DNA of 64,000 nucleotides, taken from Podarcis melisellensis (lineage: Eukaryota). The position numbers were made by a program, and so were the translations under genes. The notes under the pieces were generated by a model. It had not been told where the DNA came from and did no database searches. It saw nothing but the letters and a program-made list of their open reading frames with translations. Below, piece by piece: positions 60,150 through 64,000 of the stretch. Every line of letters begins with the position of its first letter. The stretch's first letter is position 1. The DNA lies in assembly GCA_964234715.1 (NCBI GenBank), contig OZ174282.1, one strand, 5' to 3'.

Positions 60150-61400
60150 AGGAGGGAGGGCGGGCGGGAGGAGAGCCTGGAGCTTGCGCGAGGGGCGGAA
60201 GCAGGGGGAACCCCGGGCTTGCAAGGCAGAGGGACAGCCGGGGGAGGCCTCTGTGCAGGAGGGCCCACGGGGTGCATCTGCGGGACTGGGAGATCGAAAG
60301 CGGCACCAGGTTTATAAAAGAGCAGCAGGCAAGGGAAAGGGGAGGAGCTGCCCGGGCCCTGCCAATGGGAGAAGTTGCAGGCTCCCCTCTCTCTCGCCCT
60401 CTTTCTCCCTCTCCCTCGCAGGCAGGCAGAGGCGCACATGGTGGCCCCAGGATAGAAGCAAGGGGGCCGGGAGCCGGCCGGTTCCTCCCTCCTCCCCCGC
60501 CTGGCTCCTGCCTACCATCCCTCCCACCCTCTCTCCAGCTGGAGCCTTTTTGCCCCCGTGGGGCAGCAGCCACGGCCTTGCCTGAGGAGGCTGGCCCCGA
60601 GGCCCGAGCCAGGGCTGGAGAGCTGCAGGGAGGCCCCTCCGGAGAGCGAGGCGCCCTGGCCTTCCCGCCGAAGGAGACAGAGAAAGAGGGAGCCAGCGGG
60701 GCGTCGGTCGGCTTGTCCCCTAACAAGGGGCGCTGGGCAGGAGCAGGGCCCCACAATCAGCTGGTGCTGCCCTCCAGCAAGCCAGGAGGAGCTCCTCCCC
60801 CTCCGCCTACACATATTTGGGTTCTTACCAGCCAGTGTTCAAACAAGCAAAAAACACCCAGCAACTTGCGAATGCAAAGTCCAGCGGCAAAGTCCTTCCC
60901 TCTGCCCCGCCAGGAAGGTCCCAAGCCCGCCTGCCAGGGCCTTGGCTTCTTGCCTCCCTTGTGGGCAGCCCGTCCGCCCGCCGCTCTCGCAAGGAGGCCG
61001 AGCCTCCACCTCGCCCGCTGGGACTCCGGCAGAGGAGCCCCCCAGCCAAGCGTCCCTGCTGGGACCCGCTCCTCAGCCACAGGTGCTCCTGGGCTCCTTT
61101 CCCTGAGACCTTCAAGAGGACCCCAGAGCCCCCTGGTCCTATTCCCCTTACAGGGCATCACTGGGGCAACAGGGAGGTAAGGAGGGAGGGAGCTTGCCCT
61201 TGGAAATAACTTCGCCTTCGCCGCCTCCGGGGCTTCCTCCTGGCGAGCAGGTGGCAGGAGCGGGAGGGAGCTTTCCAGGTGCTGTTCCCGGAACGGCCAC
61301 CAGGTCGCGCAGCCTTCCCCTCGTCAAGCCCGAAGCCGCACTTCCCCCGGAGGCTGCTGCTGCCTGCGGGGAGTCCTCAACACAACAGGTGGCTGCGAGT
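60150..61400 (-). promoter_or_regulatory. GC-rich promoter/5' region of HSD11B2 with TATA and CCAAT motifs
   Basis: TATAAA on the minus strand at 60311-60316, CCAAT (+ strand) at 60362-60366, GGGCGG boxes near 60158-60167, elevated CpG. Confidence 0.65.
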
Positions 61401-61739
61401 TCAAGTCTCGTCTTTTAGGCTGGCAGAAAGGTTATCAAAGGACATTCCTACCTGAATCCATTGGAACCAGGGTTTAATGAGGCAGGAAGTGGCTGGGGGC
61501 GGGGTTGCTGACTTTTAAAGGGGGTCTCCACTGGTCTCCCAGCTCTGCAGTGCAGAGTGAGTGGAACAACCTGTTCAAGCTAGAGACCTGGGAAGTCAGA
61601 GAAATGAGGGCCCCTCTTCAGTGCAGAGATAGGCCAGAGCAGTCCATGGGAACTGGGATTGCGAGACAGTCGCTTGACACCAAGGGAGCTGCACAGGGTG
61701 CCTATAAGCTCCTCGTTTAAGATTTTTCTTTTGGGTCTC

Positions 61740-61975
61740 ATGGGCCCAAATGGTTAAAGGGCCTTGCAAATTAAGGCAAGAACCTTGAGTTTGGCCAAGT
61801 AGCTTCTGGGCAGCCGGTGCAAGTTTTGGAGAAAGTTCTGTGCTGGCCATATCAACATTCTAGCTGCAGTGTTTTGAACCAGATGGAGCTTTCGGACCAG
61901 GCCTGAGGGCAGCCCCAGATAGAGCACATTGCAATAACTGAGTCGTAAGGTTTTTGGTGCATGCATCAGGCTACA
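61740..61975 (-). mobile_element. L2 LINE ORF2 C-terminal remnant
   Basis: LRLSYCNVLYLGLPSGLVRKLHLVQNTAARML...LHRLP...KLKVLALICKAL. Confidence 0.8.
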
Positions 61976-62334
61976 GACAATACCCTTGATCTGAACCACT
62001 GGAGGTCGCTAGGCAGGGGTATTAAAATGACCCCATTGTCATGGGATGTGTTTACCAGAGGTCATTGCTCTGTCTAGCTAGGTGGCCATTCTAGCAGCAC
62101 AGGGGACAGATTCCCTGGTATGCTGGAGAGGAACTTGCCCAAAGATGGCCCATGACTCCAAAGTTTTACAATCTGCTCAGTTTCCCAAATGCATGGCACA
62201 ACCTTCCTTGCTTGAATTAAAAAGCCTTAGAAGGACGGGCAAGTCCTTTTGCAGTCTGCTTCTAGGCAAACAGGCAAAACTGTCCTGAAATGTGACATTC
62301 TTCTTCCAAAGAATGTTGTTTGGCCATCTCAGGT

Positions 62335-62490
62335 GGTGCACACACTGTACGTTTAAGGCACATGGTTTCCTCCAAAGAATCATGGGAACTGTAGTTTACC
62401 CCTCACAGGGTTCCCAGTACCTTTGACAAGTGACAGGTCCCAGGTTTCTTGGGGGGGGAGTTGCATGGTTTAAATGTATGACGTGTCTGC
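62335..62490. mobile_element. Palindromic MITE (related to 37735-37885)
   Basis: TACGTTTAAGGCACATGGTTTCC..GGGAACTGTAGTTT ... CCCAGG.TTCTTGGGGG..GGTTTAAATGTA. Confidence 0.55.
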
Positions 62491-63534
62491 AGCCTCATAC
62501 CCTGATATTACAAGTCCTGCTTATTTAGGAGCGAGGGGGCCAGCTAACCATCTTTCAGGTTGGGAGGGAGCACCACATCCTGGGTACCAGTAGAGTGATG
62601 GCCCTAAGGACCTGCAAGGCAGAACATTTGGGTAGCCTGTGTGGAATGTTCCTTCTAAGGCCAGCTCAGGAGACCTTGCTGTGATGCAAGGCCTGGCAAG
62701 TTTTCAGACTGCTCCCAGGGTGCATCTCACAGGACAGATTTATTCAGCTATGTTCAAAGCAAGAGGAAAAACAAGCAAGTAGTAGGTCCTCTACTCACTG
62801 GGAGAGAGTGATGCTCAGGTCTCTTCCTGACCTGTAGGCCAGGACAAACTTAGACAGGATTGTTAATATTGAGTCTCCTGTTTCTGAAGCACGGTGGGCA
62901 CAGCAGAGTGGGCAAGGGCTTTGATGTAACTAACCCTTCTCCTCACCCCTGTATACCTTTGGCCACCTCTGTAGGTTCCCCTATCTACCACCCCAGAGAT
63001 GGCAGTCCCACTCCTGTCCCTGCCCCAGACACAGACATCCCTGACCACCTCAGAGACCAAGGACATGCATAGCAGAGGGCTGTATCTGGGGGAGCAGTCA
63101 CAAAGAAGAAACCTACAACACAAAAGTTGGACATGACTCATACCCCAGTTCATACTTAGGACAAAACCTCCACACTCCCTCCTGCTTCACACCCAGAAAA
63201 GTTCCCTGCAGGCTTGGACTCTCAGTCCAGGGACATGAAGGTGCTTTCACTTCCACCCGTCCAGACTGATTTTCCTTTGCAAATATTGATAGTCAACAGT
63301 CTTCAAATCATGCATGCATGTTTATTATTCTTCAATATCCTCCTTGCCATCTTAATTGGAGCTTTCAGCAGAAAGGTAACAGCTAAAAGAAGGAGGACAA
63401 CAAAGCAGTCAAGACCAGCTTAAACTGGACAACCTTTTATTCTCAGCCATTGCTAACCATCTGGTAGAACTGATGGAGTCACAAAATGATCAAGTCAGTG
63501 GAGCAAGTAGCGAATATTGCACAGAGATATCTGT

Positions 63535-63611
63535 TAGGAGATTCCTGCACTGCAGGGGATTGAACTAAATGACCCTCATGGTCCCTTCCAAATCTATAAT
63601 TCTATGATTCT
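63535..63611 (+). mobile_element. CR1 extreme 3' terminus
   Basis: GATTCCTGCACTGCAGGGG.TTGAACTAAATGACCCTC..GGTCCCTTCCAA.TCTATAATTCTATGATTCT. Confidence 0.75.
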
Positions 63612-63614
63612 AAG

Positions 63615-64000
63615 AATGTAAGGTCCAATAAATTCCGCAACTGCCTCACTGGCAATTTCATTTCCCAGAAGTTGGAAGAAGCAACTAGTGGGTCATGTCT
63701 CTATGTCCTGGTCCTCACCAACAGGAACTGATGGATGAAGTGGAACTACTCAGAAACCTGGGAGGAAGTGATCATGCCTTCTTGGGTTTCATTATACACA
63801 GGCAAGGCCAATTTCAAGAAGCGTAAGGAGTAAGGAAATTGGCACTCTGGCCAATTTCAAGAAGCGTAAGGAGCTACTGGGTGAGATTCCATGGTCAGCA
63901 ATATTCAAAGAGAAGGGAGTCCAACATGGATGGGAGTTTCTTAAAGGTGAAATATTGAAGGCCCAAATGCAGACAATTCCAACAAGAAAGAAAAGTGGGA
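63615..64000 (+). mobile_element. CR1 ORF2 endonuclease-region remnant (runs off the window)
   Basis: Degenerate SNKF..CLTGNFISQKLEEATSGS, LGGSDH and LLGEIPW...KEKGVQHGWEFLKGEILKAQMQTIPTRKK. Confidence 0.75.

Noticed and set aside
59548-61209. Long + strand ORFs (345 aa, 302 aa, 182 aa) and - strand 202-aa ORF
   Set aside because: Low-complexity G/P/A/R-rich by-products of the GC-rich HSD11B2 exon 1/promoter, with no recognisable domain.
63806-63873. Repeat-spacer-repeat resembling a mini CRISPR
   Set aside because: Eukaryotic DNA, only two units, spacer derived from the repeat itself, inside a CR1 remnant, no cas genes.

Overview
This is vertebrate genomic DNA, most likely a squamate (probably a lacertid lizard, inferred from Sauria SINEs, tRNA-derived Squam3-like SINEs and CR1/L2 remnants). 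It carries the conserved AGRP - ATP6V0D1 - HSD11B2 cluster. Three complete spliced CDSs were rebuilt by hand with GT-AG sites and consistent phases: AGRP (+, 3 coding exons, 257-2545, 148 aa), ATP6V0D1 (+, 8 exons, 4801-28615, 353 aa) and HSD11B2 (-, 5 exons, 60144-33405, 387 aa, with a 23.5-kb first intron). The rest is intronic/intergenic DNA with CR1 and L2 fragments, SINEs, Tc1/mariner- and hAT-type MITEs, a Penelope-like fragment and microsatellites. The most notable signals are: (1) an apparently intact minimal type-I hammerhead ribozyme in a TSD-flanked Penelope-like insert in HSD11B2 intron 4, antisense to HSD11B2 and sense to ATP6V0D1 read-through; (2) an AgRP active loop reading RFFNAN instead of RFFNAF; (3) a convergent pair of CTCF-like motifs bracketing ATP6V0D1; (4) a CLEAR-type E-box in the ATP6V0D1 promoter; (5) a TATA box plus an overlapping uORF at HSD11B2. 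I found no evidence of a wholly new gene system. Almost all ORFs in the six-frame track are spurious or exon/TE fragments. Repeat family names come from recalled consensus features, not a database search.
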